Both the position numbers and the translations under genes were made by a program. 64,000 nucleotides of DNA from Aggregatilineales bacterium. Its GTDB lineage: Bacteria; Chloroflexota; Anaerolineae; Aggregatilineales; Phototrophicaceae. The notes below the pieces were generated by a model. The model ran no database searches. It was not told where the DNA came from and worked only from the letters and a program-made list of their open reading frames with translations. The DNA lies in NCBI GenBank assembly GCA_044227005.1, contig JBGAFZ010000010.1, forward strand, positions 3,285 through 67,284, given 5' to 3'. Below, one piece after another: positions 44,565 through 54,697 of the stretch; the first letter of the stretch is position 1; each line of letters starts with the position of its first letter.

Positions 44565-45875
44565 ATGCCGGATCTAAGCCGCTATCAACCGAGTCCTGCC
44601 GTCAAACTCAAGCATCCCGAATGGTCGAAAAACGCCACCATTTACCAGATCAACACGCGCCAATTCACGCCGGAAGGGACGTTCACTGCGGCTCAGGCAC
44701 AAATTCCCCGACTAAAAGCCTTAGGCATAGACATCATCTGGTTGATGCCCATCCACGAAATCGGGCGCAAAAACCGCAAAGGAACGCTCGGCAGCCCTTA
44801 CTCGGTCAAGAATTACTACAGCGTTAATCCGGAATTCGGCACGTTGGATGACCTTAAAGCATTCGTGCAGGCCGCCCATCAACACGGCATGTACGTCATC
44901 CTCGATTGGGTGCCGAATCATACTGCGTGGGATAGCAACCTCGTTGATGAACATCCCGATTGGTATGTGCGCGACTGGAAGGGTGATTTCCGCCCAACGC
45001 CGTGGTGGGATTGGGAGGACATCATTGACCTCGATTATGACAATCCTGCGGTGCGCCACTACATGACCGAAGCGCTCAAGTATTGGGTGTCCGAGGTGGA
45101 TGTGGATGGCTATCGCTGCGATGTGGCTGGTTTTGTGCCTCTCGATTTCTGGAATACCGCTCGTAAAGAACTGGATGCCATCAAGCCAGTATTCATGCTG
45201 GCCGAATGGGAAACACGCGACCTGCACGTCGAAGCCTTCGACATGACCTACGCATGGAGCTGGAACGAAACCGTTCACAAGATCGCGATGGGCAAAGCCA
45301 ACGTCAGCCATCTCTACATCTACTACTCGTGGAACGAAAAAGCCTATCCTGCCGACATCATGCGCATGACTTTCGTGAGTAACCATGATAAAAACGCGTG
45401 GGAAGGCACCGAGTTCGAGCAATTCGGGGACGCGCTGGAAGCCGCTATTGTGCTATCGGTAGTCGGTGAAGGCTTGCCGCTGATTTACAACGGACAAGAA
45501 GCCGGTAACGCCAAACGCCTCAAATTCTTCGAGAAAGACCCGATAGTCTGGAAGCCACACCCACTCGGTGAGCTGTATACCCAACTCTTCACCCTCAAAA
45601 AAGCCAATACCGCGCTGTGGAATGCCGCGTGGGGAGCGCGTATGATCCGTGTGCCCAACAGCAACGAAACCCACATCCTGAGCTTCGTCCGCCAGAATCA
45701 ACAGGATAAAGTTTTCGCGGTCATCAACTTCTCGGCAGAAACCCAAACCATCACCTGCCGCGATGGATTGTACTACGGCACTTACACTGATTTCTTCAGC
45801 CAAGAAAGCGTCACGTTCAACAGTCCGACCAGCCTCACTCTCGCCCCGTGGAGTTACCGCGTCTTTGTGAAGTAA
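44565..45875 (+). CDS. Alpha-amylase family (GH13) enzyme, cytoplasmic
   Basis: Start ATG 44565 (AAGGAG upstream; the track ORF starts at 44526). GH13 regions DWVPNH, GYRCDVAG, MLAEW and FVSNHD. Confidence 0.85.
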   Translation: MPDLSRYQPSPAVKLKHPEWSKNATIYQINTRQFTPEGTFTAAQAQIPRLKALGIDIIWLMPIHEIGRKNRKGTLGSPYSVKNYYSVNPEFGTLDDLKAFVQAAHQHGMYVILDWVPNHTAWDSNLVDEHPDWYVRDWKGDFRPTPWWDWEDIIDLDYDNPAVRHYMTEALKYWVSEVDVDGYRCDVAGFVPLDFWNTARKELDAIKPVFMLAEWETRDLHVEAFDMTYAWSWNETVHKIAMGKANVSHLYIYYSWNEKAYPADIMRMTFVSNHDKNAWEGTEFEQFGDALEAAIVLSVVGEGLPLIYNGQEAGNAKRLKFFEKDPIVWKPHPLGELYTQLFTLKKANTALWNAAWGARMIRVPNSNETHILSFVRQNQQDKVFAVINFSAETQTITCRDGLYYGTYTDFFSQESVTFNSPTSLTLAPWSYRVFVK

Positions 45876-45927
45876 GAAAGATTTGTACATCTAGGGAATG
45901 ATCTGAAAACCATTCCCTAGCCCTGCC

Positions 45928-47772
45928 CTACTTTGGTGTGGGCGTAAGCGTCGGCTCAAGCGGCTTAACATCCAAAGTCACCTCGACATCTCCGTCCGCG
46001 CCATTAGACGAATACGTCACCAGCAGCGTATATACGCCATCAACCGGCAGCGCATTCAAAACCAGGTACGCGGCTGTGGTGCTGTCGTCCTCGTTATCAT
46101 TGAAGTCCAGCGGTTTACCCTGTGGATCAAGCACAAAAATCAGCGGATCAACGGTAGCATCCGTTGCGCCTACGGCTTGCACCTCAACCGTATCCCCTGC
46201 TTTGGCTTCAAACGGAATCCGGTAGGTATCACCAACCGCCATCGTCACCGATGTGCTGTAGGGCATCTGCTGGGCTGTAACCTTATCCAACGTCTGCGGA
46301 TTGGTTTCAATCGCCGGTACATACGCCCAATAATCACTGAGAGCCTCATCCAATTTACCTTGCGTGGTATAAATCAGCGCACGATACAGATAAGCATCAC
46401 TATTTCCGGGATCAAGTTCAAGGTTCTTGGTGTAGTCCGCGACAGCCTCTTCTAACTGCCCTTGTTTTTCATAAATAATGGCACGGTTGTAGTAGACAAG
46501 ATCATAGGTGGGGTTGAGTTCAATCGCTTTGCTATAATCCGCAAGCGCCGCATCAAGGTCGCCTATCGAATTCAAAATCAATCCACGTCCCATATAGGCC
46601 AACGGCTCGTCCGGATAATCCGACACCATTTCATTAGCAATCTCAATGGCATCGGCACTCTCACCGTTCGCAATCTGCAAACTGGCATCCGAAAGAAACA
46701 GGGCAATATCCTGCTGATGATTTGCAAAATTAATCGCCGTAGACACTGCCGCCAAGGTAGGCGCAACCGGTGAAAGGGTCGCACCGGCTTCGATCACCCG
46801 CTGGTTAGCGGATGCTTCCCGCGCCGCCGAGGTTTGCTGTGCCACCACCGCCTGCCCCTGCTCGACAACCGCCGTTCCTACCTGATTACCCGCACGTGTC
46901 GCTTGGGCAGCGGCTGTCGCTTCTTGATTGATGGCCTCCGTCACCTGCAAGTTGACCTGTTGTAACGTCGCACCTGCGCGGGTCACTTCCTCCCGTGCTA
47001 CGATGAACTGCTGACCAACCACCAGCGCCACAATAATCGCGGCAATTACGCCCAAACCTGAAACAATCGCCGCCTTGCGGAAGCTACGGATGAGCCCCTC
47101 ACGCGCTTTATCACGGGTGATACGTGCCGTTTCAGCCACCTGGCTGGCTTTGATATATTCATGATGTGCCGGATGTGGTTCGGGCGTTTTGCCCACGCTG
47201 GACTTGAGCCAGTCTTCGGCTGCGGCCACCTGCTCGCCTTCCAGCAAAAAACTCGGATTACGGTGGCTCTGCTGCCATTCCGTCGCCCGTACAAAATAAC
47301 GCGTATGGTTTTTCACATAGGCTTGGTCGGTATCCAATGCCGCCAGCAAATCTTGAAACACACTATCAAAAGTGTTGGGATCATCAAAAAATAACCAGTT
47401 CACACTGCGTAGATATTTCCAATTATCCCGTGCGCGCTGCTCCCAATCTTGATCCATCCACGTCCCTTTGACGCGGATCGCCACATCATCCTCGATGCGT
47501 TGATAAATAATCGGGAACACACGCTTATTTTGTTTGCGGATATATTCCAATTCGCGCTGACAAATCTCGCTCACCAGCCAATTTTCACTAACGATAATCA
47601 GAGCGGTATCGGAACTATCGACACCGAGTTCAATCTCATGCCACCAATCTTGACCGCGCCCGATGTCCGCCCAATCGACCCACACATCACGCTTGGCATT
47701 AGTAAGAGCAAGATTGAGTTTGTGGACGAAATCGCTGTTTTTACGGGAGTAGGATATGAATACGTCAGACAC
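45928..47772 (-). CDS. TIR-domain protein with one TM segment, TPR repeats and a C-terminal PPC-like beta domain
   Basis: Probable GTG start at 47772 (GGCGGAGG upstream; the track ORF extends to 47790). TIR block DVFISYSRKN...DVWVDW...ALIIVSENWLVSEICQRELEY. TM AAIVSGLGVIAAIIVALVVG. TPR-like AL.DY.KAIELNP and A..DY.KNLELDP. Confidence 0.8.
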   Translation of the reverse strand: MSDVFISYSRKNSDFVHKLNLALTNAKRDVWVDWADIGRGQDWWHEIELGVDSSDTALIIVSENWLVSEICQRELEYIRKQNKRVFPIIYQRIEDDVAIRVKGTWMDQDWEQRARDNWKYLRSVNWLFFDDPNTFDSVFQDLLAALDTDQAYVKNHTRYFVRATEWQQSHRNPSFLLEGEQVAAAEDWLKSSVGKTPEPHPAHHEYIKASQVAETARITRDKAREGLIRSFRKAAIVSGLGVIAAIIVALVVGQQFIVAREEVTRAGATLQQVNLQVTEAINQEATAAAQATRAGNQVGTAVVEQGQAVVAQQTSAAREASANQRVIEAGATLSPVAPTLAAVSTAINFANHQQDIALFLSDASLQIANGESADAIEIANEMVSDYPDEPLAYMGRGLILNSIGDLDAALADYSKAIELNPTYDLVYYNRAIIYEKQGQLEEAVADYTKNLELDPGNSDAYLYRALIYTTQGKLDEALSDYWAYVPAIETNPQTLDKVTAQQMPYSTSVTMAVGDTYRIPFEAKAGDTVEVQAVGATDATVDPLIFVLDPQGKPLDFNDNEDDSTTAAYLVLNALPVDGVYTLLVTYSSNGADGDVEVTLDVKPLEPTLTPTPK

Positions 47773-48020
47773 AAGACCTCCGCCTCGCAATAATTTCCTT
47801 TATTATAGCGACAGCCCATGATCAGGGATACTTTCAGCCAAATTTTGCCATCATCGGCGAATTGTGACATTTATCACTACCGAATGGCCGCTATTGAGCG
47901 TACGTTGACATATAGATCGGCTTATCGTTTCGGATCACACATCACACCCATACTTAGCTTTTGCTAAAGACACCATCCGAAATGAGCGATGGTGTCTTTT
48001 TTCAATACGGGGAGGTTATT

Positions 48021-48965
48021 GTGAAACGCAAACTATTGGTCAACATACTCCTTATTTTCCTCGTTTTACTTCTATCTAACACGGCTGTGCGGTCACAGTC
48101 GGATAATCTCGCACTGGGTGCTGATCCGACTGAATCCGACACAGGTTGGGGCGGCGGCGTTTACCCGTGGGATATGGTCGATGGCCTAAATCTGTATCCA
48201 GATTGGCAGCATGGACTGGCCTTCACGGGCGGTAAGATACCCTATATCGAACCGTGTGGTTGGCGGCAAGCCACCCTGAATTTTAAGAAGATGGTAACCT
48301 TCAATCGGGTCATGATCTGGCATCATGGCACCGATCATATTCCGACACTCTTTAATCTATCGTATTGGAATGGTTCAAGCTGGGTGAACACCGGCGGTAC
48401 CATGACCATCCGCACAGATTTGACCACCCCTGCCCCCGGCGCAGCAGGTGCTGGATCAACACCAACTGAACACCTATTCCGAGCGGTCACAGGCAGTAAA
48501 GTCCGTTTTGAAATGAACAACTGTGACATCAACCATGGCTGGATCTACGAGTTCGAGGTGTTTAATGATAATCACGCGCCAGTTTGTTCGGCTGCATTCC
48601 CCAGCGTCAAGAGCTTGTGGCCGCCATTCCAATGGATGGTTCCAGTCAAGGTGTTAGGTGTTACCGATCTAGACCGCGACCATCTAATCATGACGATCAC
48701 TGGCATTTTCCAGGATGAGCCAACCAAAAAACTCTGGCATGGTGATATGGCACCGGATGGTCGAATCATCGGTAATGCTTGGGTAGTGCTGCGTGCGGAA
48801 CGGGATGGCAAAGGTGATGGTCGGGTTTATCACATCAACTTCAAAGCCGAGGACAATCGTGGCGGTGTTTGTACGGGCAGCGTCTTGGTGAGTGTCAACC
48901 ACGATCAAAGCAAGAAAGGACAAGCGGTGGATAATGGCCCGCGCTATGATTCACGTGCCCGATAG
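48021..48965 (+). CDS. Secreted hypothetical protein
   Basis: GTG 48021 with GGGGAGG upstream (the track ORF starts at 47961). Signal peptide KRKLLVNILLIFLVLLLSNTAVRS. Beta-rich sequence. Confidence 0.6.
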   Translation: MKRKLLVNILLIFLVLLLSNTAVRSQSDNLALGADPTESDTGWGGGVYPWDMVDGLNLYPDWQHGLAFTGGKIPYIEPCGWRQATLNFKKMVTFNRVMIWHHGTDHIPTLFNLSYWNGSSWVNTGGTMTIRTDLTTPAPGAAGAGSTPTEHLFRAVTGSKVRFEMNNCDINHGWIYEFEVFNDNHAPVCSAAFPSVKSLWPPFQWMVPVKVLGVTDLDRDHLIMTITGIFQDEPTKKLWHGDMAPDGRIIGNAWVVLRAERDGKGDGRVYHINFKAEDNRGGVCTGSVLVSVNHDQSKKGQAVDNGPRYDSRAR

Positions 48966-48990
48966 TCGATCAATCTGAAGCATAATCATT

Positions 48991-49025
48991 GTGCCCCTGA
49001 TGAATGATGAGTCAGGGGCACTTTT
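48991..49025 (+). terminator. Intrinsic terminator for 48021..48965
   Basis: GTGCCCCTGA-TGAATGATGAG-TCAGGGGCAC followed by TTTTGTT. Confidence 0.8.
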
Positions 49026-49034
49026 GTTGGAATA

Positions 49035-49379
49035 TTAACTTTGTTCGCGGGTTAAATAAGCCTCACGCATATGCTGCGCCTCGCTCAAATCCACCTTGAC
49101 CTGTATGCCAAACGCGCTGGCCTTAATCAGCCTGCCTTTGTTGATGGGCAATTCGTCGATGATGACCACCCTACCCCGCACGTTGGATAAGACCTGATAA
49201 GCCTCCACGATGTCGTCGGTGATCAACAATTCGTTACCCACCACCAAATCCAGATCAGGATGGACGGCTGATGCGGCAGCGCTGGCTTGATGCATGACTC
49301 GCGGACTGCTGTTGGGTGCGCCCAAAAACATCAGCTTGAGTTTATCCAGCAGCATCTTAAATCCCGGGAGATTGGTCAT
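49035..49379 (-). CDS. Hypothetical protein (114 aa)
   Basis: ORF lies 18 nt downstream of 49398..49685 on the same strand. No recognised motif. Confidence 0.5.
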   Translation of the reverse strand: MTNLPGFKMLLDKLKLMFLGAPNSSPRVMHQASAAASAVHPDLDLVVGNELLITDDIVEAYQVLSNVRGRVVIIDELPINKGRLIKASAFGIQVKVDLSEAQHMREAYLTREQS

Positions 49380-49397
49380 AAACTCACCTATTCCTGA

Positions 49398-49685
49398 CTA
49401 TGCGGCTTCGGTCTTTTCGACCAGATGCAGCGCTTTAAGGTTGGTGACATCCGGATACAATTTTTGCCACGCGGCCAATTCAGCCTTGAACAGCGCCGGA
49501 ACCATCTGGCACATCGGGGTATAGGGTTCGCCCAATTTCATGTTGACGACCTGATGCACACTCCCGCACAACGGGCAGCAGCGCACCCATTGAACCGACT
49601 TGATGGTTTCAACTGTTGCTTGAGGCAAGCCATCTTCAATGACCAGCTTAAAGTTCTTCTGAATATGCGCGACAAATGTTGCCAT
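49398..49685 (-). CDS. Hypothetical small protein with a CCPLCG...C cluster
   Basis: 95 aa. GGAGAATCCC precedes the ATG. Cys cluster RCCPLCGSVHQ...TPMC may bind zinc. Confidence 0.5.
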   Translation of the reverse strand: MATFVAHIQKNFKLVIEDGLPQATVETIKSVQWVRCCPLCGSVHQVVNMKLGEPYTPMCQMVPALFKAELAAWQKLYPDVTNLKALHLVEKTEAA

Positions 49686-49929
49686 AGGGATTCTCCATTA
49701 TGTATGTCGATCAAACAGGACGTGCCAATACAATCAAAACAATCCACGGATGTCGTCAATAAACACCGTGACATATGCCTGATACGAATAGAAAATCCAC
49801 CGGGGTTTGTGGGGATTTTACGGCGGTGACCGTCACACTTTTTCGAGGAGTGCTGTTTTGCAAGCTCACGCACAACCCGCTTGCAACCTTCATTATACGC
49901 TGAACCGGACGCTTTTGCTTGTTCGGGTA

Positions 49930-51672
49930 TCAGCTCTTGAGAGGCTCGGCAGGTATCCACAGACTAAACACACTGCCCTTTTCGCTGCTGCTTTCCAGCT
50001 CCACACGCCCGTTATGCCGTTCCGCCACCGCCCGCGCGATGGGCAGCCCTAAGCCGAAACCGCGTGTGTTATGAGAAGCATCCACCCGATAAAACCGCTC
50101 GAAAATATGAGGTTGATCGCTCTCACTAATGCCTGTCCCCTCATCAATGAATTTCACCGTACACTGCGGCGCACTACACACAATCCTCACCGTACTATTC
50201 TGTGGGCTATGGCGGATGGCATTATCCAACAATTCACGCAAGGCGCGGGACATCAGCTCTTCATCAACATGGACAGAAGGAGTTGTGCTATCTACTTCAT
50301 GAATCAGGGTGATGCCGCATTCCGTCGCAGTGGTACGCTGCCGGTCAACCACCATACGTACACAGTCATTCCAATCTATTTTTTGTAGATCGAGAGCCGC
50401 ATGTGGATTATCCACCTGTGTCATGAGCAGCAAGTTATCTACCAGATGACTGATGGCATCCACCTGCTCATCATTCCGGTTAACCAGTGCTTTGACTTTT
50501 TCCGAGTCAGATACCCGCCCAATCAAATATTGCCCTGACTTGATAACCGAAAGTGGCGTGCGGAATTCATGGGCGGCTTTTGTTATAAAGGTCGTCAGGA
50601 TACGGGTACGTTCTTCCTCAAGTAACCGCCGTGAACGTTCCTCTGCTGCCAATTGGCGCTCGGTAATATCCAACAGCATGATGACATACCCCATCCGTAC
50701 TGTTTGGCTACTGAGCGGGTTAACCTGTAACGCGTAGGTACGTACAGGGTTTCCAAGTTGTAATTCAATATTGGACACTTGTTCACGTGATGCACGCATA
50801 ATCAGGTCGTAATATTGCGGATAGATTGTTTGCAGTAATTGACCGACCGATGTACTTTGGCTGATCCCCAATATGGACTCTGCTGCCGGATTCATCCGTA
50901 CAATACGCCCATCCGTATTAACGATCAAAACGCCGTTGCTGATATTGTGATAGATCGTATCGTAGGCGACCGGAACCAGACGCAGAAATTCAAAGCGTTG
51001 GGTCGCGATAAACATCAGAATACCTGTCAGTGTGAACAGGATAGGCGTAAAATCAACAAAGCCAGACATGAAACCAAGTACCTGGACAGCATTCCCGAAT
51101 ACAGGTAAACCAATCGCCAATGTGATGAGAACGGCTTGCATCCGGTACAGATTGGGCATACTCCAAACGTAACGCACAATCAACACCAGACTAGCTATAA
51201 GTATCAAATAGCCATAAATCACCCAGACTGTTCCCACCACGCCGAAAGTGGCATCCCACTTCGTTAATCCATCAACATCCACATACGAATACCAGTTGTA
51301 AAAAAGACCGGAGCGGTCAAACAAAAATAACAGATACGCGATGACAGAAATACTCGCAAAGATGAGCTTGAAGCGGGGCGTCAACCACTTATCACGATTT
51401 GTGTAGTGTAATGCAAACATCCACCAAAAATAGATAATCGCCATGACAGCGATGTGGTTAGCACGCGCTGTCACTAAATTACTCATCAGATCATCTGGAT
51501 TGAATAATTTAACGACATTGGAAGTTGACCACAACACCACACACAGCAGAACCATCACCCACAGACTATGTCCGGGTTGGTCATGCTGCCGCCACGTTAT
51601 AACAGCCAATGCTAAATTGATAAAACCTGCGATCAAGTAAATGACAATTATGGGTGCATACGGGGAAGACAT
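49930..51672 (-). CDS. Sensor histidine kinase with N-terminal 7TM domain plus PAS (paralog 1)
   Basis: About seven N-terminal TM helices, a PAS module, H-box AAHEFRTPL, N-box LLDNAIRHS, G1 DEGTGI, G2 GFGLGLPIA. Confidence 0.9.
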   Translation of the reverse strand: MSSPYAPIIVIYLIAGFINLALAVITWRQHDQPGHSLWVMVLLCVVLWSTSNVVKLFNPDDLMSNLVTARANHIAVMAIIYFWWMFALHYTNRDKWLTPRFKLIFASISVIAYLLFLFDRSGLFYNWYSYVDVDGLTKWDATFGVVGTVWVIYGYLILIASLVLIVRYVWSMPNLYRMQAVLITLAIGLPVFGNAVQVLGFMSGFVDFTPILFTLTGILMFIATQRFEFLRLVPVAYDTIYHNISNGVLIVNTDGRIVRMNPAAESILGISQSTSVGQLLQTIYPQYYDLIMRASREQVSNIELQLGNPVRTYALQVNPLSSQTVRMGYVIMLLDITERQLAAEERSRRLLEEERTRILTTFITKAAHEFRTPLSVIKSGQYLIGRVSDSEKVKALVNRNDEQVDAISHLVDNLLLMTQVDNPHAALDLQKIDWNDCVRMVVDRQRTTATECGITLIHEVDSTTPSVHVDEELMSRALRELLDNAIRHSPQNSTVRIVCSAPQCTVKFIDEGTGISESDQPHIFERFYRVDASHNTRGFGLGLPIARAVAERHNGRVELESSSEKGSVFSLWIPAEPLKS

Positions 51673-51785
51673 CAGCGTAACCTAAATGGTATCTGTAAAA
51701 ATGCAGAGGCTAATTAATTACATTATAAGGGTGTCTTACTTGATTTATGTGGGTGATTGTCCGGTCAGACCAACCCTCAACGCAT

Positions 51786-53519
51786 CTATTCAGGGATAGC
51801 AGGTATCCACAGGCTAAAAACACTGCCCTTCTCGCCGCTGCTTTCCAGCTCTACACGCCCGTTATGCCGTTCCGCCACCGCCCGCGCGATCGGCAGCCCT
51901 AAGCCGAAACCACGTGTGTTATGGGAAGCATCCACCCGATAAAACTGCTCAAAAATATGGGGTTGATCGCTCTCACCAATGCCTATCCCCTCATCAATGA
52001 ATTTCACCGTACACTGCGGCGTGCTGCACACAATCCGAACTGTAGACTCATTCGGGCTGTAGCGGATGGCATTGTCCAATAATTCACGCAAGGCGTTAGC
52101 CATCATTTCATCATCAATCAAAGCCGCAGGATGTGTCTGATCAGCTTCATGAATCAGGGTAATCCCGCGTCCCGCAGCACTGGCGCGCTGGGTTTCGACC
52201 ACCTTTTGAACACACTCATTCCAATCAAGCTTTTGCAAGTTAAACGCGACTTGACGATTATCAACCCGTGTCATGAGCAGTAAGTTATCCACCAGATGGC
52301 TGATGGCATCCACCTGTATGGTGTTCTGGGTAGCAATCGACCGTATCTTATCCAGTTCGGATGACTTCCCTATCAAATATTCACCCGACTTGATGACCGA
52401 AAGCGGCGTGCGAAATTCATGGGCGGCTTTGGCGATGAAAGTCGTCAGGATGCGTGTCCGTTCTTCTTCTAAGAGCAGACGCGAATGCTCCTCAGAGGCT
52501 ATTTTACGCTCAGTAATATCAGCCAGCATGATAATATAGCCCATCAACATACTTTGATTGCTTAGGGTATTGGCCTGTAATTCATAAGTACGTACAGGGT
52601 TTCCAAGTTTTAATTCAATCATAGTTGGCTGTTCGTGGGTGGTACGCATAATCGCTTCATACTGTGCCGGAAACAATATCTGAAGTGATTGACCAACAAT
52701 TGCACTCTGTGTAGTGCCCAAGATGGACTCGGCAGATGGATTCATACGCACAATACGCCAGTCCATATTGACGATCACAATACCATTGTTGATATTGTGA
52801 TAGATCGTATCGTAGGCCACCGGAACCAGCCGCAAGAACTCGAATCGTTGAGCAGCAATCAACATTAAAATGCCTGCCGCCATAAAAACAACCGGTGTAA
52901 GATCAATGTAATCGGGGATCAAACCGGAAAACTGGGCGAAATTACTGGTCATCGGCAATAGCACAGCCAGTGTGATGAGTACCGCCTGCATCCGGTATAA
53001 ATTCGGCGTCCGCCAAACACTCCGTACGACGACCACCAAACTGATAATCAACACACCATAACCGTAACTCGCCCACACCCACGCCAGCAGCCTCGGTTCC
53101 ATGCGCAGCAGAAACAATCCACCTTCACCCGTATAATAACTGATTGCATAAAACCAACTGCCACGGTCAAACAAAAAGATCAGGTACGAAACCACTGGCA
53201 CGATAGCCGTGAGGATTTTGAAGCGCAGCGTGAGCCACTGGTTATGGTTGCTGTAACGCAGGGCGAACAAGCCCCAGAAATAGACAATACTCATGATGGC
53301 GATGTGAATAAAACGCGCCATCGTCAGCATCCATATCGGATCAGCAACCACCATCTGCAAGGTACTGCCAACTGCCCATAGCACCGCACACAAGAGCACC
53401 AATGCCCACAAACCGGAGCCAGGTTGCTTATGCTGATACCATGTCATCCGCGCTAGAATGAGGTTAATTAAAGCTGCGACCAAATACAGTACGATGATCG
53501 GTGAAAACTGGAGGAGCAT
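51786..53519 (-). CDS. Sensor histidine kinase with N-terminal 7TM domain plus PAS (paralog 2)
   Basis: Same architecture as 49930..51672. The last ~270 nt are about 90% identical at DNA level by eye. Confidence 0.9.
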   Translation of the reverse strand: MLLQFSPIIVLYLVAALINLILARMTWYQHKQPGSGLWALVLLCAVLWAVGSTLQMVVADPIWMLTMARFIHIAIMSIVYFWGLFALRYSNHNQWLTLRFKILTAIVPVVSYLIFLFDRGSWFYAISYYTGEGGLFLLRMEPRLLAWVWASYGYGVLIISLVVVVRSVWRTPNLYRMQAVLITLAVLLPMTSNFAQFSGLIPDYIDLTPVVFMAAGILMLIAAQRFEFLRLVPVAYDTIYHNINNGIVIVNMDWRIVRMNPSAESILGTTQSAIVGQSLQILFPAQYEAIMRTTHEQPTMIELKLGNPVRTYELQANTLSNQSMLMGYIIMLADITERKIASEEHSRLLLEEERTRILTTFIAKAAHEFRTPLSVIKSGEYLIGKSSELDKIRSIATQNTIQVDAISHLVDNLLLMTRVDNRQVAFNLQKLDWNECVQKVVETQRASAAGRGITLIHEADQTHPAALIDDEMMANALRELLDNAIRYSPNESTVRIVCSTPQCTVKFIDEGIGIGESDQPHIFEQFYRVDASHNTRGFGLGLPIARAVAERHNGRVELESSGEKGSVFSLWIPAIPE

Positions 53520-53668
53520 GGAATAGCGACCTGAATGTATCGCCTATAATGATGCATCAAGTAGATAGAAGGATACGATACTACTGTTAGTATAGCATCG
53601 CTTGTACAAGCCCAAGACACAATTCGATTGAGAGTAACCGAAGATTAAGTAAAGCCTTGATTCACGGA

Positions 53669-54637
53669 CTACTTACGCAGTTCACGCCCCACGTTGAGTA
53701 AAATCTCCTGCGCGGGCGCTGGAATCCGACCGAGATAATCCGGCCCGACATTCAGCAAATAATTGACGCCGCGCTCATTCAGATGATTCTTCAAGCGGAT
53801 GACTTCTTGCGGGTTCTTCCAATTGTGGTCGAAGCTCTTATAACCCCACGTATCATTTAAGGTCGCCGGAGTCTCAAACAAGCCTTCGGGCATTGCCCCC
53901 TCTGGAATCTCATTGTCGCCCAACGACTCGTAATCACCCATGCCATTGCCGATACGCGAGTTAATCAGGCAATCCGGTTGATAGCGCTTGACCATCTGCA
54001 CCAACTCGATACTTTGCTCGGTCGAAATCGTCAGCGGCGTATCAAACCAGATCAAACACAAATCACCATAATTTTGCAGCAGTTCGCGTACCTGTGGCTT
54101 GATCTTGGCCTCAAAGCACAGCGTGTAATGCTTATGCTCGTTATCGGGATAATCCCAATCATTCGTCCAACTCATCACATCGCAGTTGGTATGCCCGTGT
54201 AGATAGCCGCCGCCGTTCGGTTCGTGCCAATCCAAATCCTGCGAATAATACAGCCCCAGCTTCAACCCATGCCGATAACACGCCTCGGCAATCTCACCGA
54301 TCACATCCCGCTGAAACGCCGACCCATGATACACGTTATACGGATCAACCTCGGAGCGATACATCGCGAAACCGTCATGATGCTTGGCCGTCACCACCAG
54401 ATATTCCATCCCCGCCGCCAATGCCAGCTTGACCCAATCCTCAGCATTAAACAGGATCGGATTGAAGGCTTGCGTCAGTTTGCCATAATCCTCATTTCGG
54501 ATGCGAAAATAGGACTGCGCCCACTCGCCGATGAAAGGCATCCGCTGCCCTTTCCACTCCCCTGCCGGAAGCGAATACAGCCCCCAATGAATCATCATTC
54601 CGAACTGCGCCTGACGAAACCAGTTTTTGCTATCCAC
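53669..54637 (-). CDS. Alpha-L-fucosidase (GH29), cytoplasmic
   Basis: N-terminal WFRQAQFGMMIHWGLYSLPAGEW, typical of GH29. 322 aa covers the catalytic domain only. Confidence 0.85.
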   Translation of the reverse strand: MDSKNWFRQAQFGMMIHWGLYSLPAGEWKGQRMPFIGEWAQSYFRIRNEDYGKLTQAFNPILFNAEDWVKLALAAGMEYLVVTAKHHDGFAMYRSEVDPYNVYHGSAFQRDVIGEIAEACYRHGLKLGLYYSQDLDWHEPNGGGYLHGHTNCDVMSWTNDWDYPDNEHKHYTLCFEAKIKPQVRELLQNYGDLCLIWFDTPLTISTEQSIELVQMVKRYQPDCLINSRIGNGMGDYESLGDNEIPEGAMPEGLFETPATLNDTWGYKSFDHNWKNPQEVIRLKNHLNERGVNYLLNVGPDYLGRIPAPAQEILLNVGRELRK

Positions 54638-54697
54638 AAAACAAATCCTTACCCATTGCTGAACATTTGTTAATGAGTATACATCCCTTTCGCTCGC

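Noticed and set aside
44721-45422. 233-aa minus-strand ORF inside the GH13 gene.
   Set aside because: The plus-strand frame carries all four GH13 signature regions. The antisense ORF has no start context or motifs.
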